From Mobula hypostoma (lineage: Eukaryota): a stretch of DNA of 64,000 nt. A program made the position numbers and the translations under genes. The notes under the pieces are model-generated. The model had not been told where the DNA came from. It saw only the letters and a program-made list of their open reading frames with translations, and made no database searches. Positions 11,716 to 23,354 of the stretch are shown here, one piece after another. The DNA lies in the NCBI RefSeq assembly GCF_963921235.1, contig NC_086108.1, forward strand, positions 3,968,001-4,032,000. Reading direction: 5' to 3'. Positions within the stretch are counted from its first letter, which is position 1; every line of letters begins with the position of its first letter.

Positions 11716-13935
11716 CACGGCTGTAGAAAAGGAGGAGGTCTTGGAGGGATTGTCTACTGAGTTTCTGTGAGTGGAAGTTAGGAACGGGAAGGGTTTAATA
11801 ACTCTACTGGGTGTTTCTTAAACCACCCAATAGTAACAGGGATATCGAGGAGCAGATAGGGAGACAGATTCTGGAAGGGTGTAATAATAACAGGGTTGTC
11901 GTGGGAGATTTTAATTTCCCAGGTATTGATTAGCATCTCCCTAGAGCAAGAGGTGGCGTTTGTTAGGTGTATTCAGGAAGGTTTCCTGACACAATATGTA
12001 GATAAGCCTACAAGAGGAGAGGCTGTACTTGATCTGGTATTGGGAAATTAACCTGGTTAGGTGTCAGGTCTCTCAGTGGGAGAGCATTTTGGAGATAGTG
12101 ATCACAATTCTATTTCCTTTGCCACAGCATTGGAGAGGAATAGGAACAAACAGGTTAGGAAAGCGTTGAATTGGAGTAAAGGGAAATATGAAAATATGAA
12201 GCTATCAGGCAGGAACTTGGAAGCATAAATTGGGAAGAGATGTTCTCAGGGAAATGTACGGCAGAAATGTGGCAAATGTTCAGGGGATATTTAGGTGGTG
12301 TTCTGCATAAGTACGTTCCAGTGAGACAGGGAAAGGATGGTAGGGTACAGGAACCGTGGTGTACAAAAGCTGCTGAAAATCTAGTCAAGAGGAAAAGAAA
12401 AGCTTACAAAGGGTTCAAAAAAGTAAGTAATGATAGAGATCTAGAAAATTATAAGGCTAGCAGGAAGGAGCCATGAGAAGGGCTTGGCAAGCAGGATAAA
12501 GGAAAACCCCAAAGCATTCTACAAGTATGTGAAGAGCAAGAGGATAAGATGTGAGAGAATAGAACCAATCAAGTGTGACAGTGGAAAAGTGTTTATGGAA
12601 CCGGAGGAGATAGCGGAGGTAGTTAATGAATACTTTGCTTCAGTATTCACTACGGAAAAGGATCTTGGTGATTGTAGGGATAACTTACAGTGATTTGAAA
12701 AACTTGAGCATATAGACATTAAGAAAGAGGGTGTGTTGGAGCTTTTGGAAAGCATCAAGTTGGATAAGTCACCGGGATCGGACAAGATGTATCCCAGGCT
12801 ACTTTGGGAGGCGAGGGAGGAGATTGCCAATCCTCTGGCAATGATCTTTGTGTCATCAACGAGGATGGGAGAGGTTCCAGAGGATTGGAGGGTTACAGAT
12901 GTTATTCCCTTATTCAAGAAAGGGAGTAGAGATAGTCCTGGAAATTTAGGACCAGTGAGTCTTACTTCATTAGTTAGTAAGTTGATGGAGAAGATCCTAA
13001 GAGGCAGGAGTTATGAACATTTGGAGAGGCATAATGTGATTAGGAATAGTCAGCATGATTTTGTGAAAGGCAGGTCATGCCTTACAAACCTGATTGAATT
13101 TTTTGAGGATGTGACTAAACACATTGATGAAGGTAGAGCAGTAGATGTAGTGTATATGGATTTCAGCAAGGCATTTGATAAGGTACCCCATGAAAGGCTT
13201 ATTGAGAAAGTAAGGAGACATGGGATCCAAGAGGACCTTGCTTTGTGGATCCTGAATTGTCTTGCCCACAGAAGGCAAAGAGTGGTCGTAGACAGGTCAT
13301 ATTCTGCATGGAGGTCAGTCACCAGTGGTGTGCCTCAGGGATCTGTTCTGGTACCTCTCCTCCATTATTGGGGTATTGTTGCAGCTGTATAGGATCCTGG
13401 TCAGATCCCACCTGGAGTACTCTGCTCAGTTCTGGTCACCTCACTACAGGAAGGATGTGGAAACTATAGAAAGGGTGCAGAGGAGATTTACAAGGATGTT
13501 GCCTGGATTGGGGAGCATGCCTTATGAGAATAGGTTGAGTGAACTTGGCCTTTTCTCCTTGGAGTGACGGAGGATGGGAGGTGACCTGATAGAGGAGTAT
13601 AAGGTGATGAGAGGCATTGATCATGTGGATAGTCAGAGGCTTTTTCCTAGGGCTGAAATGGCTAACACGAGAGGGCACAGTTTTAAGATGCTTAGGTACA
13701 GAGGGGATGTCAGGGGTAAGTTTATTATGTACAGAGTGGTGAGTGTGTGGAATGGGCTGCCGGCGATGGTGGTGGAGGTGGATACTAAAGGGTCGTTTAA
13801 GGGACTCCTGGATAGGTACAGGGAGATTAGAAAAATAGAGGGCTATGGGTAACCCTAGGTAATTTCTAAGGTAGGGACATGTTCGGCACAGCATTGTGGT
13901 CCGAAGGGCCTGTATTGTGCTGTAGGTTTTCTGTG
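11716..13935 (+). mobile_element. CR1 LINE, degenerate, with internal deletions
   Basis: RIKENPKAFYKY, KSPGSD..YPRLL, DFSKAFDKVPH, GVPQGSVL, then jumps directly to RSHLEY..FWSP; 3' tail near 13930. Confidence 0.92.
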
Positions 13936-13939
13936 TTTC

Positions 13940-14850
13940 AATGATGGGCAAGTGAAGTTAAATGAAGTTAGCCCATTTGGTTCAAGAGCCTGATGATTGA
14001 AGGGTAGTAACTGTTCCTGAACCTGGTGGTGTGAGCCAAGAGGCTCTTGTACCTTCTTCCTGATGGCAGCAGTGAGAAGAGAGCACATCTGGTGGTGTGG
14101 ATCCTTGATAGTGGATGCTGCTGTCTGGCGACAGCATTTCACGTAGATGTGCTCAGTGGTTGGGAGGGCTCTACTCATGAAGGACTGGGCTGAATCCACT
14201 ACCTTTTGTAGGATTTTTCCGTTCAAGGGTGTTGGTGTTTCCATACCATGTTGTGATGTAGCTGGTCAATATACTCTCCACCACACACCTATAGAAGCTT
14301 GTCAGAGTTTTAGAAGTCATGCCGAGTCTTTGCAAACTCCTAAGGAAATAGAGGCGATGCCATGTTTTCTTTGTAATCACGTTTACATGGATGGGCCCAG
14401 GACAGGTCCTCTGAAATCATGACACCAAGGAATTTAATGTCCACCTTTGACCCCCCACTGAGGACTGGCAGATGGACCACCAGTTTCCTCCTCCTGAAGT
14501 CAATGATCAGCTCCTTGGTCTTGCTGACATTGAGCAGGAGGTTGTTGTGGCACCACTCAGCCAGATTTTCAATCTCCCTCCTGTGTGCTGATTTGTCACC
14601 ACCTTTGATTCAGCCTATAACAGTGATGTTGTAAGGAAACTTAAAAATGACATTGGAGTTGTGCTTAGCCACACAGTCACAAGTGTAAAGTGAGTGAGAA
14701 GAGCAGGGGCTGAGCACACAGCCTTGTGGTGCACCTGTGCTGATGGAGATGTTGTTGTCAATCTGAACTGACCAGGGTCTACAAGTAAGGAAATTCAGAA
14801 TCCAATTGCACAGGTACTGAGGCCAAGGTCTTGGAGCTTATTGATGAGTT
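13940..14850 (-). mobile_element. Rex1/Babar-type LINE fragment
   Basis: HRLYFLRSL, FYRCVVESILT motifs. Confidence 0.75.
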
Positions 14851-17800
14851 TATATTGGTGTGCTAAGTAGACAGATCACCAGAGCCCTCACCATCCAGGA
14901 TGTCACACACAAAATGCTGGAAGAACTCAGCAGATCAGGCAACATCTTTTTTTTCAATATTTTTATTGATTTCTTACATAAAATAATACAGAGTACAGTA
15001 AGGTATATAATATATATCGATTACAATATATTGCAATCACATATATAGTTTCATTACCTCATATCCGTATACATTGAATTTAAACATAATATTGAAAAGA
15101 TATACTTTGTTATACAAAAAAAATCTAAACCCACTACCAGAAAAAAAACCAGCTGTTTGGTTAAAAAGAAAGAAAAGGAAAAAGTCCTTATCATATAATA
15201 AAACATACTGTTAGCCAACATCTGTGCTTAAGAGCAAATCAAAGATTTTGAAAATAATTCAAAAAAGGTCCCCACAATGTTAAAAAACCTTGTCTAGGTT
15301 CAGAAATTGAACACTGGATATTCTCTAAATGTAAACATGACACAACATCATGTAACCAGTGAGTATGAGTAGGTGGAGAGGCATCCTTCCACTTCAGCAA
15401 CAATGTCCTCCTGGCTATAAGAGAAATAAAGGCCAAAATATGCAAATCATGTGTCTCCAGCATAATATCATTTCCTCCAATGATACCAAATAAGGCAGTC
15501 AAAGGATTAGGTTTAAAATTTACTTTAAAAAGCACCAAAAAAGTTTGGAACACTTCCTTCCAACATTTTCCAAGACTCGGACAAGACCAGAACATATGGA
15601 TTAGTGAAGCTTCTCCATTGTTACATCTATCACAATAGGGAGATGTATCCGAATAAAAACCAGACAGCTTATTTTTAGCCACTTTAAATTGTAGAAGGGA
15701 ATGACGGGCACATAGCGATGAGGTATTAACCAATTTAAAAATTTTATTCCAAGTATCCTCAGAAATTGGAATCTGTGAATCTTGTTCCCAGAGATTTTCA
15801 ATTTTGTCTAAAGGAATATTTCTCATTCCGAACAACATTCCATAAATATTAGATATAAATCCATTATGGAAGGGTTTCAAATTAAAAATTGTGTCAAGTA
15901 AATTCTTATCTGGGCTTTTAGGAAATGTATGTACTTGAGAATGCAAAAAGTCTCTAATTTGTAAGTATCGAAAGAAATGGGTTTTGGGTAAGCTATACTT
16001 AGCTGACAATTGTTTAAATGAAGAGAGACTATCTCTAACAAAGAAATCCTGAAAACAATGAATACCCAATCTATTCCACTCTTTAACAACTACATCAGTC
16101 ATAGAAGGTTTAAAAAAAAGTTAGAAAATATGGGATTTGAAAGTGAAAAACTCAATAAACCAGAATTTTTCTAAATTGTACCCAAATCCTCAAGGTGTGT
16201 TTAACTACAAAATTATCAGTTCAGTTACTTAAGGATAAAGGAATTGAGGATCCGAGAAGAGAAATGATAGAAAATTTATTAACAGAATTAGCTTCTTCTA
16301 AAGAAACCCAGACTGGACAGTCCTCTCGATTAATATAATATAACCAAAACGTAAGATTCCGTATATTGACTGCCCAGTAATAAAACCTAAAATTGGGTAA
16401 AGTTAAACCTCCTTTCTTTTTAGCTTTTTGAAGATGAACTTTACTTAATCGAGAAATTTTATTTTTCCATATATACGAAGATATAATAGAATCCAAACAA
16501 TCAAAAAAAGGATTTAGGAATAAAAGCAAGTACGGCCTGAAATAAATATAAAAATTTAGGCAAAATATTCATTTTAATAGAATTAATTCGGCCAATCAAC
16601 GATAAAGAGAGGGGTGACTAATTTGATGGTGCTTTCTTAACATAATTCAGAAGTGTAAAAAACTTGAAATTAAAACTAAATATGATCTGCTTTTAACTTA
16701 TCCAATTGAAACTCAACTTTTAAAAGATAAAAGTCAGTTTTATGTTCATGGGGATAAAACGGCTAAACTATTGGCTAACCAATTAAAGACCTTTATAGTT
16801 AAACGCCAACTTAAGGAAATTTGTAAAGCTAATGGTGATAAAACATCTGATCACTTAGAAATAAATGATACTTTTAGAGAGTTCTATTCTAAACTTTATC
16901 GTTCTGATCCTCCTAAAGATAATACTGTAATGAATAATTTTTTAGATCAATTAAACATTCCTACACTTTCTGATGATAATTGAAAATTGCTGGATCAACC
17001 CATTTCTTATGAGGAAATTGCCGAGGTTGTTCACTCTTTGCACTCGGGGAAGGCTGCAGGTCCTGATGGATTTTCTAGAGAGTTTTATAAGGCTTTTTCC
17101 TCTTTGCTTATACCTCACTTATAAGGGCCTTAATTCAATTTCTTAATATAATTGAATATCTTATTACGTTTCACAAGATGGTTTAACCCTTTCACATTAA
17201 AACTAAGTAAATTAAAAATATGGTCCATTTTAAATATTGCTTAAAGGAGATGTTTGAATAAAGACCACTGGAATATATATTAAATCCAAACAATGAGCTT
17301 TAAGAAAAAGTAACCAAGCAATAAATGAAGCTAAGAGAACCAAACAGCTGATAGAAAAAAAGAAAAACACCCACCACCCAAAGAGAGAAACTCGACCAAA
17401 GGGCAGTAGACAGCTAAACCTACCATCCCTCCTAAAACAAGCTACTGGCTGAGCTCCAAAAAAAAAAAAATTTTTCAAGGCAAAACTGCATTCCAACAAG
17501 ACACAACAGAAAAACAGCAAAATTAAACATATTTTAAAAAACTTATAAAAAATTATAGTATCGAAATATTAGAAAGAAATATGAAAGTTCAAAGCATATT
17601 AACGTAGAAAGTTTTAACTCAAAGAAAACTTACTAATATCAAGTCCTTAATTTTTTAAACAAGGAAATAAAAGTACAAAAAAATTAGATATGAAAGTATG
17701 CCAAAAGTAAAAAAAAACGATTGTTCATAAAAGAAAGTAATGAACAGTTAGACTGCTGATTCTAAAAAAACGATCCATCAGGCAGACGCAACATAAATTT

Positions 17801-18289
17801 GTGTAAAGAGTTATTGAACTTCTGAAATTGATTCGGCAGTCAAGAAATCCTGCACCTCTTGACGGTCGAGCAAAACCATCTCTGAGAACCACTTTTCAAG
17901 GTGATTCTAAGATGAGCGGGGTGACAAAGAGAGGGTTTAAAACCTTTATTGTACAGCTCAGACATGACTTTCTTAAACTTGAAGTGTTCATTCAACAGCT
18001 CGGGTGAAAAATCTTCTGCAATTCTGAACTTCTGGTCTTCATAATCAATCATACCTTTCTAACAAGATTCACGAATTAAAAGTTCCTTTGTTTGAAAGTT
18101 GTGAAGACAAATTATCACAGAGCGGGATCGTCCTCCCAGAGGAGGTCTTGGTACAGGCGATCTGTGAGCTCGATCTACTTTAGGTGGAGATTTTAAAATA
18201 TTCAGAAATAAATTAGCCAGAAGGTTTGCAAAAAATTCCGAAGGCTGATTGCCTTCCGATGACTCTTTAAAACCCAGAATGTCTGCCTG

Positions 18290-19605
18290 TCTACTATAAG
18301 CCTACTGACTCTCACAGCTATCTGGACTATTCCTCTTCTCACCCTGTCTCTTGCAAAAACGCCATCCCCTTCTCGCAATTCCTCCGTCTCCACCGCATCT
18401 GCTCTCAGGATGAGGCTTTTCATTCTAGGACGAGGGAGATGTCTTCCTTTTTTAAAGAAAGGGGCTTCCCTTCCTCCACTATCAACTCTGCTCTTAAACG
18501 TATCTCCCCCATTTCACGTACATCTGCTCTCACTCCATCCTCCCACCACCCCACTAGGAATAGGGTTCCCCTGGTCCTCACCTACCACCCCACCAGCCTC
18601 CGGGTCCAACATATTATTCTCCGTAACTTCCGCCACCTCCAACGGGATCCCACCACTAAGCACATCTTTCCCTCCCCCCCTCTCTCTGCATTCCGCAGGG
18701 ATCGCTCCCTACACAACTCCCTTGTCCATTCGTCCCCCCCATCCCTCCCCACTGATCTCCCTCCTGGCACTTATCCGTGTAAGCGGAACAAGTGCTACAC
18801 ATGCCCTTACACTTCCTCCCTTACCACCATTCAGGGCCCCAAACAGTCCTTCCAGGTGAGGCATCACTTCACCTGTGAGTCGACTGGGGTGATATACTGC
18901 GTCCGGTGCTCCCGATGTGGCCTTTTATATATTGGTGAGACCCGACGCAGACTGGGAGACCGCTTTGCTGAACATCTATGCTCTGTCCGCCAGAGAAAGC
19001 AGGATCTCCCAGTGGCCACACATTTTAATTCCACATCCCATTCCCATTCTGACATGTCTATCCACGGCCTCCTCTACTGTGGAGATGAAGCCACACTCAG
19101 GTTGGAGGAACAACACCTTATATTCCGTCTGGGTAGCCTCCAACCTGATGGCATGAACATTGACTTCTCTAACTTCCGCTAAGGCCCCACCTCCCCCTCG
19201 TACCCCATCTGTTACTCATTTTTATGCACACATTCTTTCTCTCACTCTCCTTTTTCTCCCTCTGTCCCTCTGAATATACCACTTGCCCATCCTCTGGGTC
19301 CCCCTCCCCCGTCTTTCTTCCCGGACCTCCTGTCCCATGATCCTCTCGTATCCCCTTTTGCCAATCACCTGTCCAGCTCTCGGCTCTATCCCTTCCCCTC
19401 CTGTCTTCTCCTATCATTTTGCATCTCCCCCTCCCCCTCCAACTTTCAAATCCCTTACTCACTCATCCTTCAGTTAGTCCTGACGAAGGGTCTCGGCCTG
19501 AAACGTCGACTGCACCTCTTCCTATAGATGCTGCTTGGCCTGCTGCGTTCACCAGCAACTTTGATGTATGTTGCTTGAATTTCCAGCATCTGCAGAATTC
19601 CTGAT
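18290..19605 (+). mobile_element. Penelope-like element (Neptune-type), 5'-truncated, with GIY-YIG endonuclease
   Basis: YYKPTDSHSYL RT C-terminus, C-x4-C-x2-C linker, GVIYCVRCSRCGLLYIGET and open reading frame to 19182; pyrimidine-rich 3' UTR. Confidence 0.92.
19475..19512 (+). ncRNA. Minimal type-I hammerhead ribozyme motif in the Penelope 3' repeat
   Basis: TAGTC-CTGACGA-AGG(GTCTCGG)CCT-GAAA-CGTC-GACTG: intact CUGANGA/GAAA core, GUC site, stem I TAGTC/GACTG, palindromic ACGU stem III. Confidence 0.85.
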
Positions 19606-22129
19606 GTCTGTCTGTCTGTCTAGGTACCATATCCAATGCAGACTTTGGTGACCTTGGTTTTCCATATAGATCTATCCTTCGTTTTTTGGATGACTTCCAT
19701 TTCCTCGATGTGTAACCACCTGGCTAGGCTTTTGATGTACATAAGCCGAGGTCTTCCTCTAGGTTTGCTCCCCTCAATCTTTCCAGGGAATATAAGTTTT
19801 TCTAGTTCATCTTTCCGAATGATGTGTCCTAGGAACCTGAGTTGTCTTTCTCTTATTGTTGGTATGAGTGATCGAACTGCTTGGGCTCTTCTGAAAACTT
19901 CTTCATTTGATGTGTGTGTGGTCCATGATATTTTTAACATTCTCCTGTAGAACCATAATTCAGCTGCTTCTAGTCTCTTTTCCATTGCTGGAGAAATGGT
20001 CCAGCATTCATTTCCATAAGTCAGGATAGAATAAATGTAGCACTGCAGTGTTTTGTTTTTAGTGTGCATACTCATCTTTCTGTCTGTTAATATGGTCTTC
20101 ATTTTTTGGAAAGCTTCTTTCGCCATTGCTATTCTGTATTTGATATCTATGTCGCACCTGCCATTACTTGTTATTAGGCTGCCAAGATATCTGAATTTGG
20201 TGACTTGTATGATGTTTGTATTTCCGATCACAAAACCCAGAATACGTAGATTATTTCTTCGGTTTCTATTTTCTAAGTCGATAATCTTCTGTCTTAATGT
20301 TTCATTAACCTTTAACTGTTTCTCGCTGATCTGTGCCAGGTCGTCAATCTTCGCGTCGAACGTCATCAAAATATCTCCGTTCTCTTTTATCCGTTTATCG
20401 TGTTCACTTAAAGTTTTTTGAATAGAATACAATTTTCCATCCATCGGTTTAAATTCAGTGCTGAGTTGCTGTAACTCCTCCGAAAGTTCATTTTTATGTC
20501 GCCGAAGTGTCACCATAATAGATTCCAAAGTTACCAGAGGGTCCTCTTCTTTTTTAGTAGCTTAGAACAACTCATCATAAAGCAATACTGCGTTTAAAAG
20601 TAAGTTTTCAAAACAAGTTGGAAGCAGTAAATTAAAAAGAGTAAGAGCACCTATAAAAGTGTTGCTACTCCATCAACAACCAGTAGGATCTGTTCAGGCA
20701 ACATCTATGGAGAGAAATAATCTATGAACGTTTTGCCCAAAATATCAGGAGCCTGATAGTTACAGGGTAATAACTGCTCCTGAATGTGGTGGTGTGGGAC
20801 CTAAGGCTCCTGTATCTCCTGCAAAATGTTAGCAATGAGAAGAGAGCATGGCTGGATGCTGGAGGTCATTGATGATGGATGCTGCTTTCTTGTGACAGCG
20901 CTCCTTGTATGTGTGCTCAGTAGTGGAGAGGGTTTTGTCTGTGATGGACTGGGCTCTATCCATTGTAGACTTTTCTGTTTCTGGGCATTACTGTTTCCAT
21001 ACCAGGCCATGAAATAACCAGTTAGCATACCCTTTACTGTGTATCAGTAGAAGTTTGCCAAAGTTTAAGATGGCTTGCCAAATTTACATAACCTTCTAAG
21101 GAAGTACTGGCACTGTCGTGCCTTCTTTGTGATGGCACTACCTGCTGGCCCCTGTGAGTGCACTTCAGCTGATATAACACCACTGAGCGAGACTCCCGGA
21201 GGACGGACAAACTTGTGTTCAAAGTGCAGACCAATGGCAGCCTATGGACTGTATTGGATCAATTGCGAAAATGTGGCAGAATGATCGCACAATGAATTGA
21301 TCTGACCAACACGTGGAGGGCTCTCGCGCTGGTTTTCAAGTACACACGCTTTTGGATTGGCAAGCCCTGGTTTGTGGCTCCTACACTGTCAGTTGCCCAG
21401 GATGTGCCATTACTAACGTGACTCAGTAAAATGTTTTATTCTACTACTACGGTGTCGTTTTTGCTCCGTGTAGACAAACAGCCCGGAGGCTCCTTTGTCC
21501 CACAAGACTTGTGACTGGGCCGGTGATGCTACCTCATGGAAGGTGACTTCTTGGTCCTGAAAGCAGTTTGAATTGCTCTCCAACATAAATAAACATGTAA
21601 ACAAAACAGAAGTTTTTTTTGTGTGGAGCCTGGAGCCAAGATTTTTCTTTATGAACCCATATTACGACCAGTGGTGACTGTGTAGAGAAACGTCTTTACC
21701 GAAGGAGGTGTAAGTGCTCCTACCCTCTGCTAGCCTGCAGACCACTCTTGGGAAAGGTGTAGCACCTGCTTAGCCTCTCCCCCCGCCGATTAGGGTCACG
21801 TGAAGCCATGTGAGGAGGAGGTGGTGGATGATCGTATGAGCAACTGGTGCATATCACAAGCCCTGGTTATGTGACCACTGACACCAGGCGGACAATCTCT
21901 GAAGAGTATTGATCATGGCTAAGATCACTTGTCTTGTAAAGGCACTGCCCAAAAGTAGGCAATGGCAAACAACTTCTGTAGAAAAATTTGCCCGTAACAA
22001 TCATGGTCATGAGATCATGATTGCCCACGTCATACAACACGGCATGTAATGATGATTACAACCATGGGTTTGCTGGATATTTCCAACTCCTACCACAGCT
22101 CTCTGACCCATGAACACAAGACATTGGGG

Positions 22130-22425
22130 AGGCACAGTAACAGGGCTACTGCGCTGACGACAAGGGTTCAGTGCCTGCTGCTGTCTTTAAGGAGTTTGTA
22201 CGTTCTCCCCATGACTATGTGGGTTTCCTCCAGGTGCTCTGGTTTCCTCCCACATTTCAAAGACGTACAGATTAGGATTAGTAAATTGTGAGTATGTTAC
22301 GTTAGCGTCAGAAGCACGGTGACACTTGTGGGCTGCCCCCAGCACGTCCTCACACTATGCTGATTGTTGATGTGAACAACGTATTTTATGGTATTTTCCA
22401 ATATATGCTTAACAAATAAAGCTAA
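22130..22425 (+). mobile_element. V-domain (HE1-like) SINE (other copies at about 60-420, 37620-37735, 47060-47260, 47600-47850, 48660-48925, 50060-50255, 58650-58890, 60660-60850)
   Basis: Shared core GTTCTCCCCxTGAC..GTGGGTTTCCTCCxGGTGCTCxGGTTTCCTCCCACA. Confidence 0.75.
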
Positions 22426-22779
22426 TGTCTTTTCACCTTTCACCCTTAACTCATGACCTCTCGTAATCCAACCTAACCTCAGTGGAAAAAGCCTGCTTGC
22501 ATTTACCCTATCTATACCCCTCAGAATTTTGTGTACCTCTATCAAAAGGTCTTGGACCAGAGGGCACAGCCTCAGAATTTTTGGGACGAGGTTTGATAGC
22601 CCAATTTACATGTGACCAATGAAGCTAATTTTTATCTTTAAAATAGTCGTGCTTTGATTCACTGAAGAAGAGTACAGTTGTCTTTGAGCTAGGAGACCAA
22701 AAAAATGCTCATTTGCAGTTCTCTTTGAGCTAGGACAGCGAAAACATGCTCATTTATTGTGCTTGTTCTGTTTTGTCAG

Positions 22780-22861
22780 TATCCAGGGATAGCTCAAAGC
22801 ATCAAGAGTGATGTTGAGAACCTCCTGTCTGTGCTGAAGATGAGCATCCCCCTGCCTGAAG
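22780..22861 (+). CDS. COQ8B: COQ8B coding exon ([28 protein letters not shown])
   Basis: ttttgtcag| acceptor and g|gtaaaa donor; 82 nt; completes KIQ-YPG with the previous exon. GIAQSI..LKMS looks closer to COQ8B than COQ8A (from recall). Confidence 0.95.
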
Positions 22862-22958
22862 GTAAAACAGAGATGGCGAAGTCCTTTCACCTGCTCGTTG
22901 TTCAGAAACAGGGCCCATTCTAATCCGTCACTGCCTCTTTTCCCACCCTCCCTTGTAG

Positions 22959-23052
22959 GTTTGTTTGCTGAGAGCGCCATTGTGGTACTGAGGCGTGAGC
23001 TGGAATGGGAGTGCGACTACATTCGGGAGGCTACCTGTGCCAAGAGATTCAG
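22959..23052 (+). CDS. COQ8B: COQ8B coding exon ([32 protein letters not shown])
   Basis: ccttgtag| acceptor and ag|gtac donor; 94 nt, phase 1-2; ExDY motif; follows a 97-nt intron. Confidence 0.95.
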
Positions 23053-23354
23053 GTACGACCAACCATCATTGAGGAAAATGCACTCCACAATAGAGCCTTC
23101 ATTTTAATTGCACTATTCATGAAATAACAAGGCACTTCGCTAGTGAGTAAACAGGCAGATGTTGGATCTGTGGAATTTACTTACACAAGATAGCTGTGGA
23201 GGCCAAGTCATTGGGTATATTTATAGCAGAGGTTGATAGGTTCTTGATTAGTCAGGGCATCAAAGGTTACGGGTGAAGGCAGGAGAAGGGTGTTGAAAGG
23301 GATAATAAATTAATCATGACAGAAAGGCAGAGTAAACAAGGTGGGCTGAATGGT

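Larger units (their letters stand above)
18281..20231 (-). mobile_element. RTE-type LINE 3' fragment inserted in L1 ORF1; its (GACA)n tail is split by a Penelope element
   Basis: 12-bp TSD AAAACCCAGAAT (18269-18280 and 20232-20243); FRYLGS, YGNECWT, RRMLKISWT, GKIEG..RGRPR motifs at 19620-20230. Confidence 0.88.
14948..20693 (-). mobile_element. L1-type LINE with both ends present, ORF2 deleted and inverted internally, ORF1 interrupted
   Basis: 13-bp TSD TCAGGCAACATCT (14935-14947 and 20694-20706); A-rich tail; ORF1 with LENRNRRNNLRILG..VDRAHRS; ORF2 start MDHIFNLLSFNVKGLN at 17228; C-terminal CDRC..HMFWSCP zinc knuckle. Confidence 0.9.

Noticed and set aside
21280..21310. Possible intronic C/D box snoRNA (ATGATC..CTGA)
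   Set aside because: The C box does not match RUGAUGA, the spacing is too short, and there is no terminal stem.
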